A stretch of DNA of 64,000 bases from an uncultured Schleiferiaceae bacterium. Lineage in GTDB: Bacteria > Bacteroidota > Bacteroidia > Flavobacteriales > Schleiferiaceae. Both the position numbers and the translations under genes were made by a program. This document shows positions 9,451-18,737 of this stretch, one piece after another; position 1 is the stretch's first letter; every line of letters starts with the position of its first letter. The stretch is from positions 37,381 through 101,380 of the forward strand of contig CBFHHP010000001.1 of the NCBI GenBank assembly GCA_965655745.1, in the 5' to 3' direction. The notes under the pieces are model-generated. The model searched no databases. It was not told the origin of the DNA and saw only the letters and a list, made by a program, of their open reading frames with translations.

Positions 9451-10440
9451 ATGCAAGAAATACGTTTAGACGGTTTTAAAGCCGCGGTCGATTCCGCCAA
9501 AAATATTGTCATTACCAACCATACGAACCCTGACGGCGATGCCATGGGCAGTGCATTGGCGCTGAAAAGAGTGTTGGAAAAGTTGGGGAAGTCGGTCAGT
9601 TTAATTGTTCCGAATCCTTATCCGGAGTTCCTGTGGCATCTATCGGGTAATGAAAGTGTAATGATCTACAGCGATGGGAAATTGGCTGCTAACGCAAAGA
9701 TTGAGGCAGCAGATATGATCTTTCACCTTGACTACAATGCCTACAGCAGAGCTGCAGATATGGAAACTGCGCTTAGAGCTGCAAGTGCTACCAAGGTTAT
9801 GATTGACCACCACCAGCAACCCGAGGATTGGCCAGATTTCATGTACAGCGATACGGGCATGAGTTCGACCTGTCAAATGATTTACGAGCTGTGTGATAAG
9901 ATGGAATGGACCGGTCTGCTCGATAAGGAAAGTGCCATTTGCATTTACACGGGTATAGTTACAGATACGGGGAGTTTTAAATACAGCGCTACCAGCGCAC
10001 GCACGCACGAGGTGGCTTCCAAACTTTTGGAGTTAGGCGTAGAGCCACAGCAGCTTCACAACAAGGTGTTTGATTCGCAGCCTGTGGCTCGACTTCGATT
10101 ATTAGGGGCGATGCTTGATCAAATGCAGGTAAGTCCTGACGGTAAGAAAGTCTTGCTATATCTCTCGGAAGCACAATGCAATAAGCTTGGCTACCAAAAG
10201 GGCATTACCGAAGGCTTTGTGAATTACGGTTTGAGCATCAGTGGTTCCCAGTTGACCATTTTCCTTCGTGAAGAGGACGGTGCAGTTAAGTTATCACTAA
10301 GAAGTAAGGGCGATTACGACGTAAATACCTTGGCGCGCGAACACTTCAACGGAGGTGGACACAAGAATGCAGCTGGGGGTAGGATTGTCATGACTATGGA
10401 TGAGGCGATCGCACATTCTAAAACGCATTTGGGATGGTAA
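9451..10440 (+). CDS. nrnA: DHH/DHHA1 family phosphoesterase (NrnA-like oligoribonuclease/pAp phosphatase)
   Basis: HTNPDGDAMGS, the DHH motif (MIDHHQ) and the C-terminal GGGHKNAAGG (DHHA1) are present. I chose ATG 9451 as start because the ORF-track start at 9430 is a TTG. Confidence 0.7.
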   Translation: MQEIRLDGFKAAVDSAKNIVITNHTNPDGDAMGSALALKRVLEKLGKSVSLIVPNPYPEFLWHLSGNESVMIYSDGKLAANAKIEAADMIFHLDYNAYSRAADMETALRAASATKVMIDHHQQPEDWPDFMYSDTGMSSTCQMIYELCDKMEWTGLLDKESAICIYTGIVTDTGSFKYSATSARTHEVASKLLELGVEPQQLHNKVFDSQPVARLRLLGAMLDQMQVSPDGKKVLLYLSEAQCNKLGYQKGITEGFVNYGLSISGSQLTIFLREEDGAVKLSLRSKGDYDVNTLAREHFNGGGHKNAAGGRIVMTMDEAIAHSKTHLGW

Positions 10441-10931
10441 AGTATGCCAGTATTGCTTTAACCCTTTTACTTAGTGCTTGTGCCGAACGACCAGCAATTG
10501 AGGATTCAGCTATAGATATAGATCCTGTTGAACGCCAAAAAATGTATTTGGCCCAGGAGCGTGCACAGCTCGAAACCTACATACAAAGTCACGAGCTCGA
10601 AGGCATCGAGCGCAACGGATACGGGATGTATGAATTGAGCATGGCACCAGGTGAAGGGACTCCGGCGGAATTTGGTGATGCCATTGTATATAGTGCAACT
10701 GTTTATTTGTTAGACGACAGCGGGGTAGGGCAGTATACGGATACGGTGGAACTGGGCCGAAGTGAAATGGAAATAGGCCTGCACGAGAGTCTAAAAGGAA
10801 TGAAAAAAGGGGAAAAGAAACTAGTTCTCATCCCCTCGTTTTTGGCGCGTGGCTTAGCGGGTGATCTTGATAAAGTCCCTCCGCAGAGTCCTTTGCGTTA
10901 TGATATTCGTCTTATCCAGGTAGGCCGCTGA
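10434..10931 (+). CDS. FKBP-type peptidyl-prolyl cis-trans isomerase, lipoprotein
   Basis: The lipobox is LLLSAC. The FKBP C-terminal pattern is ...GD.IVY....YLLD...GLHESLKGMKKGEKKLVLIPS.LA.G. Confidence 0.65.
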   Translation: MVKYASIALTLLLSACAERPAIEDSAIDIDPVERQKMYLAQERAQLETYIQSHELEGIERNGYGMYELSMAPGEGTPAEFGDAIVYSATVYLLDDSGVGQYTDTVELGRSEMEIGLHESLKGMKKGEKKLVLIPSFLARGLAGDLDKVPPQSPLRYDIRLIQVGR

Positions 10932-11418
10932 TCTGAGCTGCACCGGCCGGATGGCTGTTCAACATTTCCATCACAACAAAAATGGTGGTAAAGTGACCGT
11001 TAGCAGCATCCACACCTTCGAGCTCCATAACAACCTTGCCATTGCTTTTGGTAAAATGAGCAATCTTCATGTAGTTGTACTCGTCAAGGTAAACTCCTTG
11101 AAGCGCACCACCTTCAAAGTTTGAGGTAAACTCATCGTAACGGAAGTGAACATTGCCGTTCTCCATGTTTTCCTTGGTCATGTACAACTCACTGTCCTTG
11201 AATGTCAAGTAAACGTGGTCGTTTGAAGCGACGATATCGGTGTTCGCCTGCGTATCGTGATCGTAAACTTCGTAAGAACTTACTTCAAAGCTTTTACGAT
11301 CCATTTCAATCTGTGCAGAACGGTCGGCAATACTTCCTTCTGGGGCTTCACAAGAAGTTGTGGTAAAGCCCAAGGTTAAAAGGACGGCGGATAACGTAAC
11401 TAACTTTTTCATAAGCAT
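10912..11418 (-). CDS. hypothetical lipoprotein
   Basis: The signal and lipobox read MKKLVTLSAVLLTLGFTTTSC. The start may be Met3 at 11412. I recognised no domain. Confidence 0.55.
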   Translation of the reverse strand: MLMKKLVTLSAVLLTLGFTTTSCEAPEGSIADRSAQIEMDRKSFEVSSYEVYDHDTQANTDIVASNDHVYLTFKDSELYMTKENMENGNVHFRYDEFTSNFEGGALQGVYLDEYNYMKIAHFTKSNGKVVMELEGVDAANGHFTTIFVVMEMLNSHPAGAAQISGLPG

Positions 11419-11454
11419 GAATTATTCGTTGATAGTGTAAAGTTAACACAAAAT

Positions 11455-11520
11455 TTACATTGAGAAAAATAAAAGTTTACAAATAATTAACATTAGAAGG
11501 TGAGGACTTAACATTGAGAA
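11455..11520. repeat. three copies of a TTAACATTGAGAA-like direct repeat in a divergent promoter region
   Basis: The copies are ttacattgagaa (11455-11466), ttaacattagaag (11487-11499) and ttaacattgagaa (11508-11520). Confidence 0.6.
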
Positions 11521-11559
11521 TGTCGGACTTCATCCGGTGGCATTTCGGCAGAGAAGGAT

Positions 11560-11567
11560 TACCTTTG
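11560..11567 (+). promoter_or_regulatory. candidate -7 promoter box (TACCTTTG) for the first cyclophilin-FKBP gene
   Basis: It matches TAnnTTTG and lies 25 nt upstream of ATG 11593. Confidence 0.3.
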
Positions 11568-11592
11568 ATCCCCATTTTAACTCAGAATAGAC

Positions 11593-12702
11593 ATGTTAAA
11601 GAAAATCCTATTGTTAGTTGCTTTAGGTGCAATTACAGTGAGCTGTGGCGCAACCAAAGTGACCGTGAATAATGAAACCATCGAACTTGAAGATGGTATT
11701 TATGCAAAATTGACTACAAATAGAGGTGAAATCTTGATGGACTTCCACGAGGATTTAGCACCCATGACGGCTGCGAACTTTATTGCTTTGGCAGAGGGAA
11801 ATCACCCACGAGTAAAGGAAGAATACAAAGGGAAGCCCTACTATGATGGTATTATTTTCCACCGTGTCATTCCTAAATTCATGATTCAGTGTGGTGACCC
11901 ATCAGGTACTGGTTCGGGTAGCCCTGGCTATAAGTTCCCACAAGAGATTTCTCCTGAATTGCGTCACGATAAAGCAGGTGTAGTAAGTATGGCGAATGCG
12001 GGTCCTGGAACCAACGGTTCTCAGTTCTTTATTACACACAACCCAACACCACATTTGGACGGTGGGTATAACATCTTCGCACAGGTGATTAGCGGTCAAG
12101 AAATTGTTGTAGCTATTGGTGATGAAGAACGCTCGGCTGGTGACCGCCCGGTGGATAAAGTAGTTTTGGAAACTGTGGAGATTATCCGCGTAGGAAAAGA
12201 GGCCAAGAAGTTCGATGCGCCACAAGTCTTTGAAGATGGTGTGAATGGTGTTGAGGAGCGTAAAAAAGCAGCGGAAGCGGCTATCGAAGGCGAAATCGAC
12301 TCTATGTATCCAGAAGCACAGAAAACGGCTTCAGGATTGCGTTACATCATTGAAGATATGGGTAGCGGTGAAAAACCAGCGCCAGGTCAAGTGGTAAAGG
12401 TGAATTATGCTGGTTACCTCATGGACGGTAAATGTTTTGATACATCGGATAAAGAATTGGCTCAGGCTAATGGTGTTTATGATCCACGTCGTGAGCCGTA
12501 TGAGCCAATCGTTGTTGAGATAGGTCCACGCGGTCGTGTCATTAAAGGATGGCAAGAAGGATTGTCGTTATTGAATATCGGCGGTAAGGCCAAGCTTATC
12601 ATTCCTCCGTACCTAGGTTACGGAGAGCGCGGCGCTGGTGGAGTTATTCCTCCGAACGCTTCGTTGGTATTTGATCTTGAAATCGTAGAATTTGCTAAAT
12701 AA
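11593..12702 (+). CDS. exported (lipoprotein-type) cyclophilin-FKBP fusion peptidyl-prolyl isomerase
   Basis: The lipobox is [12 protein letters not shown]. The cyclophilin core reads [25 protein letters not shown]...[17 protein letters not shown]. The C-terminal FKBP domain reads [28 protein letters not shown]...[24 protein letters not shown]. Confidence 0.85.
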   Translation: MLKKILLLVALGAITVSCGATKVTVNNETIELEDGIYAKLTTNRGEILMDFHEDLAPMTAANFIALAEGNHPRVKEEYKGKPYYDGIIFHRVIPKFMIQCGDPSGTGSGSPGYKFPQEISPELRHDKAGVVSMANAGPGTNGSQFFITHNPTPHLDGGYNIFAQVISGQEIVVAIGDEERSAGDRPVDKVVLETVEIIRVGKEAKKFDAPQVFEDGVNGVEERKKAAEAAIEGEIDSMYPEAQKTASGLRYIIEDMGSGEKPAPGQVVKVNYAGYLMDGKCFDTSDKELAQANGVYDPRREPYEPIVVEIGPRGRVIKGWQEGLSLLNIGGKAKLIIPPYLGYGERGAGGVIPPNASLVFDLEIVEFAK

Positions 12703-12724
12703 AACGGAGGAAACTCCAATTGAT

Positions 12725-13669
12725 ATGGTTAACGGTATTTACGCCAAAATCACTACTCCGAAAGGAGCAATTACAATTAAGCTTGAGCACGAAAAGACAC
12801 CAATGACTGTGGCGAATTTCGTAGGTCTGGCAGAAGGAACGCTTGAAAACACAGCAAAGGAAAGCGGTGCACCGTATTACGACGGCCTCACATTCCACCG
12901 AGTTATCGCGGATTTTATGATCCAAGGCGGAGACCCAACGGGAACAGGTGCGGGTGGTCCTGGATACAAATTTGAAGACGAGATTCATCCGGATCTTACG
13001 CACGATCGTCCTGGAACACTTTCGATGGCGAATGCGGGTCCTGGAACGAACGGTTCTCAGTTTTTCATTACCCACGGTGCAACGACTTGGTTGGACGGCA
13101 AGCATACAGTTTTCGGCTACGTGGTCGAGGGACAAGATGTGGTTGACGCAGTAGCTCAGGGCGATGCCATGGAGACTGTAGAGATTGTACGTGTAGGTGA
13201 GGAGGCAGAAGGCTGGAATGCTTCAGATATTTTCACTACTGCACGCAGCAAGGCAGAAGAAGCAGCTAAAGAGGCAGCGGAAGCAGCTAAGGCTGCAGAG
13301 GCAGAAGCTTTAAAAGAGTACACAGAAGGTGCTCAGAAGACTGAAAGTGGTTTGATGTACCTTATTGAAGAACAAGGAACCGGTCCTAAGCCAACGCAAG
13401 GGCAGAGCGTAAAAGTGCACTATGAGCTCAAACTAGTAAGTGGTGTGGTTGTAGACAGCTCGTTCCAACGCGGTCAGCCTATAGCCATTAACATTGGCGT
13501 GGGCCAAGTTATCCCTGGCTGGGACGAAGGTATCATGCTATTGAACGAAGGATCAAAGGCTACGTTGGTAGTTCCTTCTGAACTAGGGTACGGTCCAGCA
13601 GGTGCTGGTGGGGTTATTCCTCCAAACGCAACCTTGATTTTTAAGGTTCAGCTTGTCAAAGTGGGCTAG
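12725..13669 (+). CDS. cytoplasmic cyclophilin-FKBP fusion peptidyl-prolyl isomerase (paralog of the preceding gene)
   Basis: The cyclophilin core reads [25 protein letters not shown]...[17 protein letters not shown]. An Ala/Glu-rich linker follows. The FKBP domain reads [25 protein letters not shown]...[24 protein letters not shown]. There is no signal peptide. The ORF-track start at 12692 is a TTG, and I prefer ATG 12725. Confidence 0.85.
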   Translation: MVNGIYAKITTPKGAITIKLEHEKTPMTVANFVGLAEGTLENTAKESGAPYYDGLTFHRVIADFMIQGGDPTGTGAGGPGYKFEDEIHPDLTHDRPGTLSMANAGPGTNGSQFFITHGATTWLDGKHTVFGYVVEGQDVVDAVAQGDAMETVEIVRVGEEAEGWNASDIFTTARSKAEEAAKEAAEAAKAAEAEALKEYTEGAQKTESGLMYLIEEQGTGPKPTQGQSVKVHYELKLVSGVVVDSSFQRGQPIAINIGVGQVIPGWDEGIMLLNEGSKATLVVPSELGYGPAGAGGVIPPNATLIFKVQLVKVG

Positions 13670-13688
13670 AATAAGAACCAGACTGTAT

Positions 13689-13721
13689 AAAAAACCCGGA
13701 GCGTGAGCTCCGGGTTTTTTT
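13689..13721. terminator. bidirectional rho-independent terminator
   Basis: AAAAA, stem CCCGGAGC, loop GTGA, stem GCTCCGGG, TTTTTTT. It lies between convergent genes. Confidence 0.75.
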
Positions 13722-13736
13722 ATGCTTTCAATGGAA

Positions 13737-15134
13737 TTAAAACATTCGATCGATCATGCGCTCAACCAGTTTCTTTTTACCCGGTGTATACGGTGCACTC
13801 AGCACTTTATTTACTGGAACGCCCCATTGGTAGTAGGCGGCGCGTGTGTTGCTGAACTCTAAGAATCCATGTTCACCATTAGTTTTGCCTAGACCACTAT
13901 GCCCAATTCCGCCAAAAGGCAGGTGATTATTGGCTATATGCATTAATGACATATTTACTGCTGTAGCACCAGCTCTCGTGTTATCCTGTATGCGTCGAAT
14001 GTTGCGCTTATTCTTGCTGTAAATGTAAACGACTAATGGGTGCTCACGCGTCGCAATTTCCTCCAACGGTTCTGCTAAATCACTAAACGTAAATATGGGC
14101 AGCAGTGGTCCAAAGATCTCTTCACGCATCATGGCTCCATCTTTAGGTGGATCAATAACTACCGTTGGTTCAATCTTTCTCTTTTCCTTAGACGCAGCAC
14201 CTCCAATAAGCACCTCACCAGGCTCTTTTGCGGCATCATCCATGATGGAGCACAACCTGTTCCAATGACCCTCGTTCACAATCTGAACGAAGTCATTACT
14301 GTCCATAGGCTGGTCGCCGTAGTAGCTTGTGATGGTCTCAACAACGCCTTTTTTGAAATCCTCCAGCTTCGCTTCATGCACATAGACGTGGTCAGGTGCA
14401 ATACAAATTTGTCCGGCATTGGTGAATTTTGCCCATGCCACTCGCTGCCCTGCAGCGTATGCATTGGCACTGTTATCTACGATGGTAGGGCTTTTACCCC
14501 CGAGTTCAAGAGTAACCGAAGTCAAGTTCTTGCTAGCCGCAGCCATCACAATCTTTCCAACAGCCGTTGAGCCGGTAAAGAAGATATGGTCAAAGCGTGT
14601 ATCTAACAATTCCTTAGCAACCTCTACACCGCCTTGGGCCACAAAAGCCTCTTCTTCAGTGAAGATACTCGCGACTAGATCTGCCATTACAGCCGAAGTA
14701 TTTGGAGTATGTTCTGAAGGTTTAATCATTACTGTATTACCTGCTGCTATCGCATTCGTTAAAGGGTGCAACGTTAGAAATATTGGGTAATTCCAAGGAC
14801 TGATGATTAAAACGTTTCCTTTAGGTTGCACCTGCGTGAATGATGAAGAACCGAAAAGAATGATTGGCGTTTTAATTTTTTTTGGCTTAGTCCATGATTT
14901 GAGATTCTTAGAAATGATTTTAATCATATCCAACGTTGGAAGAATTTCTGTCAATCGGACATCCACATCGCCTTTACTGAAATCTGCCTTCATGGCCGCG
15001 ACGAGCTTCTCTTGCCATGGGCCCTTTAGAGCCTTGCGTAGTTCAGCGAGTTTTTGAAGTCGGTATTGGAGTGGTTTCTGTGCCAATACTGGGGCGTGGG
15101 TACGTTGTTTAGCAATTATAGCGTCTAGGCTCAT
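13737..15134 (-). CDS. aldehyde dehydrogenase family protein (ALDH3-like)
   Basis: 465 aa. The ELGGKSP and ...GQICIAPDHVYV... catalytic Glu and Cys motifs and FGG.G.SG are present. Confidence 0.85.
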   Translation of the reverse strand: MSLDAIIAKQRTHAPVLAQKPLQYRLQKLAELRKALKGPWQEKLVAAMKADFSKGDVDVRLTEILPTLDMIKIISKNLKSWTKPKKIKTPIILFGSSSFTQVQPKGNVLIISPWNYPIFLTLHPLTNAIAAGNTVMIKPSEHTPNTSAVMADLVASIFTEEEAFVAQGGVEVAKELLDTRFDHIFFTGSTAVGKIVMAAASKNLTSVTLELGGKSPTIVDNSANAYAAGQRVAWAKFTNAGQICIAPDHVYVHEAKLEDFKKGVVETITSYYGDQPMDSNDFVQIVNEGHWNRLCSIMDDAAKEPGEVLIGGAASKEKRKIEPTVVIDPPKDGAMMREEIFGPLLPIFTFSDLAEPLEEIATREHPLVVYIYSKNKRNIRRIQDNTRAGATAVNMSLMHIANNHLPFGGIGHSGLGKTNGEHGFLEFSNTRAAYYQWGVPVNKVLSAPYTPGKKKLVERMIDRMF

Positions 15135-15580
15135 CGTTTTTCGTATAAATTATCCGGTCCGTCGGCCGGGGAACTGTAAAACATCATGTACGGCTCGCAA
15201 TAGAGCAGGTTACCCCACAAGGTCGGTACATAGGGTTGTGAGTTTAACGTAAAAGTGGTCCAACTGTTCGCCAAAGACCAAGTGCCACTCACAGTTGCTG
15301 TATCGTTCTGATTCAAGTCAAAGGATCCGTCGGCGCGAACGGTAAGAACAAACCCTGAATAATCGTCCTCACTCTCGTAGTAACTCCAGCTTGTGGAGCG
15401 CACAAAACGCCAATCCCAGATGCCTACAATTGCGGCAGCTAATTCAGCAGAGTCCATGGCCGCCACAGAATGACAATCGTACATGCCGTCCATCGTTTGG
15501 TTCCAAGCCGAAAATTCGGGTTCTTTCTCACAGCTCGCCAAAACGAGTCCAACTAGTAATAGAGCATATTTTCTCATCAA
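15131..15580 (-). CDS. hypothetical lipoprotein
   Basis: The lipobox is MMRKYALLLVGLVLASC. It overlaps both neighbours by 4 nt, which suggests an operon with xerD and ALDH. Confidence 0.5.
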   Translation of the reverse strand: MMRKYALLLVGLVLASCEKEPEFSAWNQTMDGMYDCHSVAAMDSAELAAAIVGIWDWRFVRSTSWSYYESEDDYSGFVLTVRADGSFDLNQNDTATVSGTWSLANSWTTFTLNSQPYVPTLWGNLLYCEPYMMFYSSPADGPDNLYEKR

Positions 15581-16473
15581 GGGGTCAATCTATTCAACGG
15601 ATGATATGCAGCAATTTTCTCGCCAAGATGCTTGGCGCTAACGTGCGTGTAAATTTCCGTGGTGGTAATGCTCTCGTGACCTAGAAGCTGTTGCACAATG
15701 CGTAGGTCAGCACCACGTTCAATAAGATGGGTAGCGAAACTATGACGAAGTGTATGGGGCGAGATATTCTTTCGAATACCGGCCATAGCTGCAAAGCGTT
15801 TAAGTTTCATGAAAATACTTTGACGAGTAAGGGCAGCCCCTCGGTTACTAAGGAATACAGTATCGCTATGATTGGCTTGTGGTGCAGTGAGAATACGTTC
15901 ATGCTCGAGGTAGAGCTCTAGGTATTTGATAGCTTCCTTGTGAATAGGCACTAAACGTTGTTTATTTCCCTTTCCAGTTACGATTAAGTAACCTTCTTCA
16001 AGACGCAACAAAGAGCGTTTTAGTCCACAGGCTTCGCTCACGCGCAATCCGCATGCATAAAGAAGTTCAATAATAGCTTTATCACGCGTTGAGAATTGAC
16101 CGTCGAGGGGAATAATATCGAGCAGATTTTGCACTTCTTTTTCACTCAACACTACTGGTAAACTGCGGGCATCCCGTGGGTTTTCAAATAAAGCCGTTGG
16201 GTTGGCCTCGACCAATTCTTCTTCTTGGGCCCAATTGTAAAAGCCGCGCAAGGCACTAAGGATCCGACTCTGGGATTTTGCACTTTGTCCGCTTTTGTGC
16301 ATGTGTCTCAATAGTTCAGATACTTCTTCAGCGCCTGATTTCAATGGATTTTTACCCGTGATTTCCGAGAACTTATACAAATCACGTTCATAGGCTAGGA
16401 GCGTGTTCCCGCTCAATCCGCGCTCGAATTGCAGGTACTCCAAATAGCTATTTATGATTTCCTTTGTTTTCAC
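15577..16473 (-). CDS. xerD: site-specific tyrosine recombinase XerD
   Basis: 298 aa. The N-terminal SAM-like domain reads YLEYLQFERGLSGNTLLAYERDL. The catalytic residues lie in ...RVSEA..., HTLRHSFATHL... and LLGHESITTTEIYTHV. Confidence 0.85.
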   Translation of the reverse strand: MKTKEIINSYLEYLQFERGLSGNTLLAYERDLYKFSEITGKNPLKSGAEEVSELLRHMHKSGQSAKSQSRILSALRGFYNWAQEEELVEANPTALFENPRDARSLPVVLSEKEVQNLLDIIPLDGQFSTRDKAIIELLYACGLRVSEACGLKRSLLRLEEGYLIVTGKGNKQRLVPIHKEAIKYLELYLEHERILTAPQANHSDTVFLSNRGAALTRQSIFMKLKRFAAMAGIRKNISPHTLRHSFATHLIERGADLRIVQQLLGHESITTTEIYTHVSAKHLGEKIAAYHPLNRLTP

Positions 16474-16498
16474 TTCTTAAATTTCGTGTATCAAAAGG

Positions 16499-16506
16499 TA
16501 ACTTTG
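16499..16506 (+). promoter_or_regulatory. candidate -7 promoter box (TAACTTTG) for aroQ, only 4 nt from the ATG
   Basis: It is a perfect TAnnTTTG match at 16499-16506. The aroQ ATG is at 16511. Confidence 0.35.
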
Positions 16507-16510
16507 CATC

Positions 16511-16939
16511 ATGCGTATTTTACTTCTCAACGGTCCTAACCTCAATCTTCTTGGCAAAAGAGAGCCTGAGGTATACGGTACAACGGACTTTCAACAGTTC
16601 TATGAAGAATTGGCCGCTGTTTATGATGATGTAGCAAGCTTTCACTACGAACAAAATAACGTTGAAGGTGAGCTTATTAACATACTTCAAGCTGCTGATA
16701 ACGACTTTGATGCTGTCATTTTTAACGCCGGTGGATATACACACACTTCGGTAGCTATTGCAGATTGCATCGCAGCTATTTCTACCCCTGTTGTGGAGGT
16801 GCACATCAGTCATCCTGCGGCGAGAGAAGAATTTCGTCACAATAGCTTGATTGCCGGAAAATGTATGGCCAGCATTAGCGGCTTCGGTCTTGATTCTTAC
16901 CGATTAGCCGTTGAAGGTTTGCTAGCTCAAGAAGATTAG
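16511..16939 (+). CDS. aroQ: type II 3-dehydroquinate dehydratase
   Basis: MRILLLNGPNLNLLGKREPEVYG...NAGGYTHTSVAI.D...P.VEVHISH. Confidence 0.9.
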   Translation: MRILLLNGPNLNLLGKREPEVYGTTDFQQFYEELAAVYDDVASFHYEQNNVEGELINILQAADNDFDAVIFNAGGYTHTSVAIADCIAAISTPVVEVHISHPAAREEFRHNSLIAGKCMASISGFGLDSYRLAVEGLLAQED

Positions 16940-17535
16940 CCTCTTAATTCAAGGATTTTACGGACGATATACCCCATTTCTGAAGCAATGGTGCGCAGTG
17001 TATTATCGTAGACATCTGCTTGCTCAGAACTGCCGTCGCTGTGTTTCGGATCCACAAAAAGAAGTGAGTGTCGTTGTTTTGCTCCAAAGACTACAGGGCA
17101 GGCTTCGTTGGCACTATCACATACCATAATGGCGTGGTATCCTTCCTGCGCATTATTCGGATGATGGTATTCTTTCGAGAAGAGCAGTGGCGCATTCTTT
17201 TCATCCTCTAGTGTGTGGTGAAAAATCTTCCAAGCACGTTGTCCGTACTCTTGAGTTTCGATCGTAGTGAACCCGTGTCTAGCGCAGCTTTCTGCCACAA
17301 CGGGGTAGAGTGCAGTTCCTTCAGTACCACCACTGTAGGTAGCTACATTTTCTAGCTGGTAGAAGTTACAAGCGCTGCGAAACATGATTTCGCACAGATG
17401 ACTTCTTCTGCTGTTGTGCGTGCAGATAAAGTTTACTGCTATGGATGTTTCTTCGCTAAGGTGCGTGGCGATGCCGTCTAAATTTTCTTGACGTTCTACT
17501 TTGGGTAGATCACTAAATAATTGTTCCAATTCCAT
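16936..17535 (-). CDS. low-molecular-weight phosphatase family protein (ArsC/LMW-PTP-like)
   Basis: It carries the P-loop CX5R in NFICTHNSRRSHL. Length is 199 aa. It shares one nucleotide with the stop of the upstream ADH gene. Confidence 0.6.
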   Translation of the reverse strand: MELEQLFSDLPKVERQENLDGIATHLSEETSIAVNFICTHNSRRSHLCEIMFRSACNFYQLENVATYSGGTEGTALYPVVAESCARHGFTTIETQEYGQRAWKIFHHTLEDEKNAPLLFSKEYHHPNNAQEGYHAIMVCDSANEACPVVFGAKQRHSLLFVDPKHSDGSSEQADVYDNTLRTIASEMGYIVRKILELRG

Positions 17536-18695
17536 TACAATGCCGCTTTTAATATGGTTTTAACGTCTGTAGATCTAATGTCCTTGTGCTCTCCAAGGAT
17601 AATCGTGCGCTGAGCCTCCATGGCCGCAACACATTGCTCAGGGAAAGATTCTGGACGTTCAATCTCGTAATCACTCAACGTAGTTCCAATACCCAAGCTT
17701 CTAAAGAATTCTTCTGTTTTATCAATGGATGCTTTTGCAACGGCTCTGTCGTCACCCGTCAAACCGAGAACCCGACGACCGTATTGTGCCAATTTCGCTT
17801 CTTTTTTATCCAATTTATGGCGGTATAAACTCGGCAATACTATTGCTAAGGTACGCGCATGGTCGATGCCATAAGCTGCAGTGATTTCGTGACCTATAGC
17901 GTGGATAGACCAATCTGTCGGTACCCCTTTCTGTATGATTCCGTTCAAGGCCATATTGCAGCACCACATGAAATTAGCTGCTACGTCATATTGCTCAGGG
18001 TGCGCCATTACCGTGTCTGAAATCTCGATTAAGGTGCTGAGAATTCCCTCTGAGATGCGATCCTGCAAGGTTGCAGCGGTAGGGTAGGTCATGTATTGCT
18101 CCATAACGTGCGTAAACGCATCCACTATACCATTGGCCAGTTGTCGCTGTGGTAATGAGGCTACGACACTTGGGTCACTGATGCTGAATACGGGGAACAA
18201 ACCCGGTCCGCCCATCGCGCGCTTTTGTCCGATTTCTTTACGAGAAATCACTGCGCCTGAGTTCATTTCAGACCCTGTCGCCGGAAGGGTCAAGACGGTT
18301 CCAAAAGGAAGTCCAACTTCAGTACGAATTCCTTTGGCAAGAATGTCCCAAGGTTCTACTCCTTCATAGAGGGCTGCAGCGGCTAAAAACTTCGTACCGT
18401 CAATCACAGAACCACCGCCAACAGCCAGCATAAACGTGATTTTTTCACGTTTGATAACCTCTAGTGCTTGCATAAGGGTACTGTATTGAGGATTCGCTTC
18501 AATACCTCCGAATTCTACGATTTCAAAGCCCTGTAGTGCTTCAGTAACCTTTTCATAGATACCATTTTGTTTAATAGAGCCTCCGCCGTAGAGCATTAAT
18601 ACCTTGGCGTCTGCCGGTATAAGACGTGGCAATTCTAAGTGTTGGTCTTTACCGAAGTAAAGTTGTGTTGGAAGGTGAAGATTGAAGTTATTCAT
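17535..18695 (-). CDS. iron-containing alcohol dehydrogenase (YqhD/butanol dehydrogenase-like)
   Basis: 386 aa. The GGGS.ID..K motif (AVGGGSVIDGTKF) and His-rich metal site (AFTHVMEQY, IHAIGHE) are present. Confidence 0.8.
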   Translation of the reverse strand: MNNFNLHLPTQLYFGKDQHLELPRLIPADAKVLMLYGGGSIKQNGIYEKVTEALQGFEIVEFGGIEANPQYSTLMQALEVIKREKITFMLAVGGGSVIDGTKFLAAAALYEGVEPWDILAKGIRTEVGLPFGTVLTLPATGSEMNSGAVISRKEIGQKRAMGGPGLFPVFSISDPSVVASLPQRQLANGIVDAFTHVMEQYMTYPTAATLQDRISEGILSTLIEISDTVMAHPEQYDVAANFMWCCNMALNGIIQKGVPTDWSIHAIGHEITAAYGIDHARTLAIVLPSLYRHKLDKKEAKLAQYGRRVLGLTGDDRAVAKASIDKTEEFFRSLGIGTTLSDYEIERPESFPEQCVAAMEAQRTIILGEHKDIRSTDVKTILKAAL

Positions 18696-18737
18696 GAATG
18701 CTAATTTAAGTAGTCAACAACTTCAAATGATTGAAGT

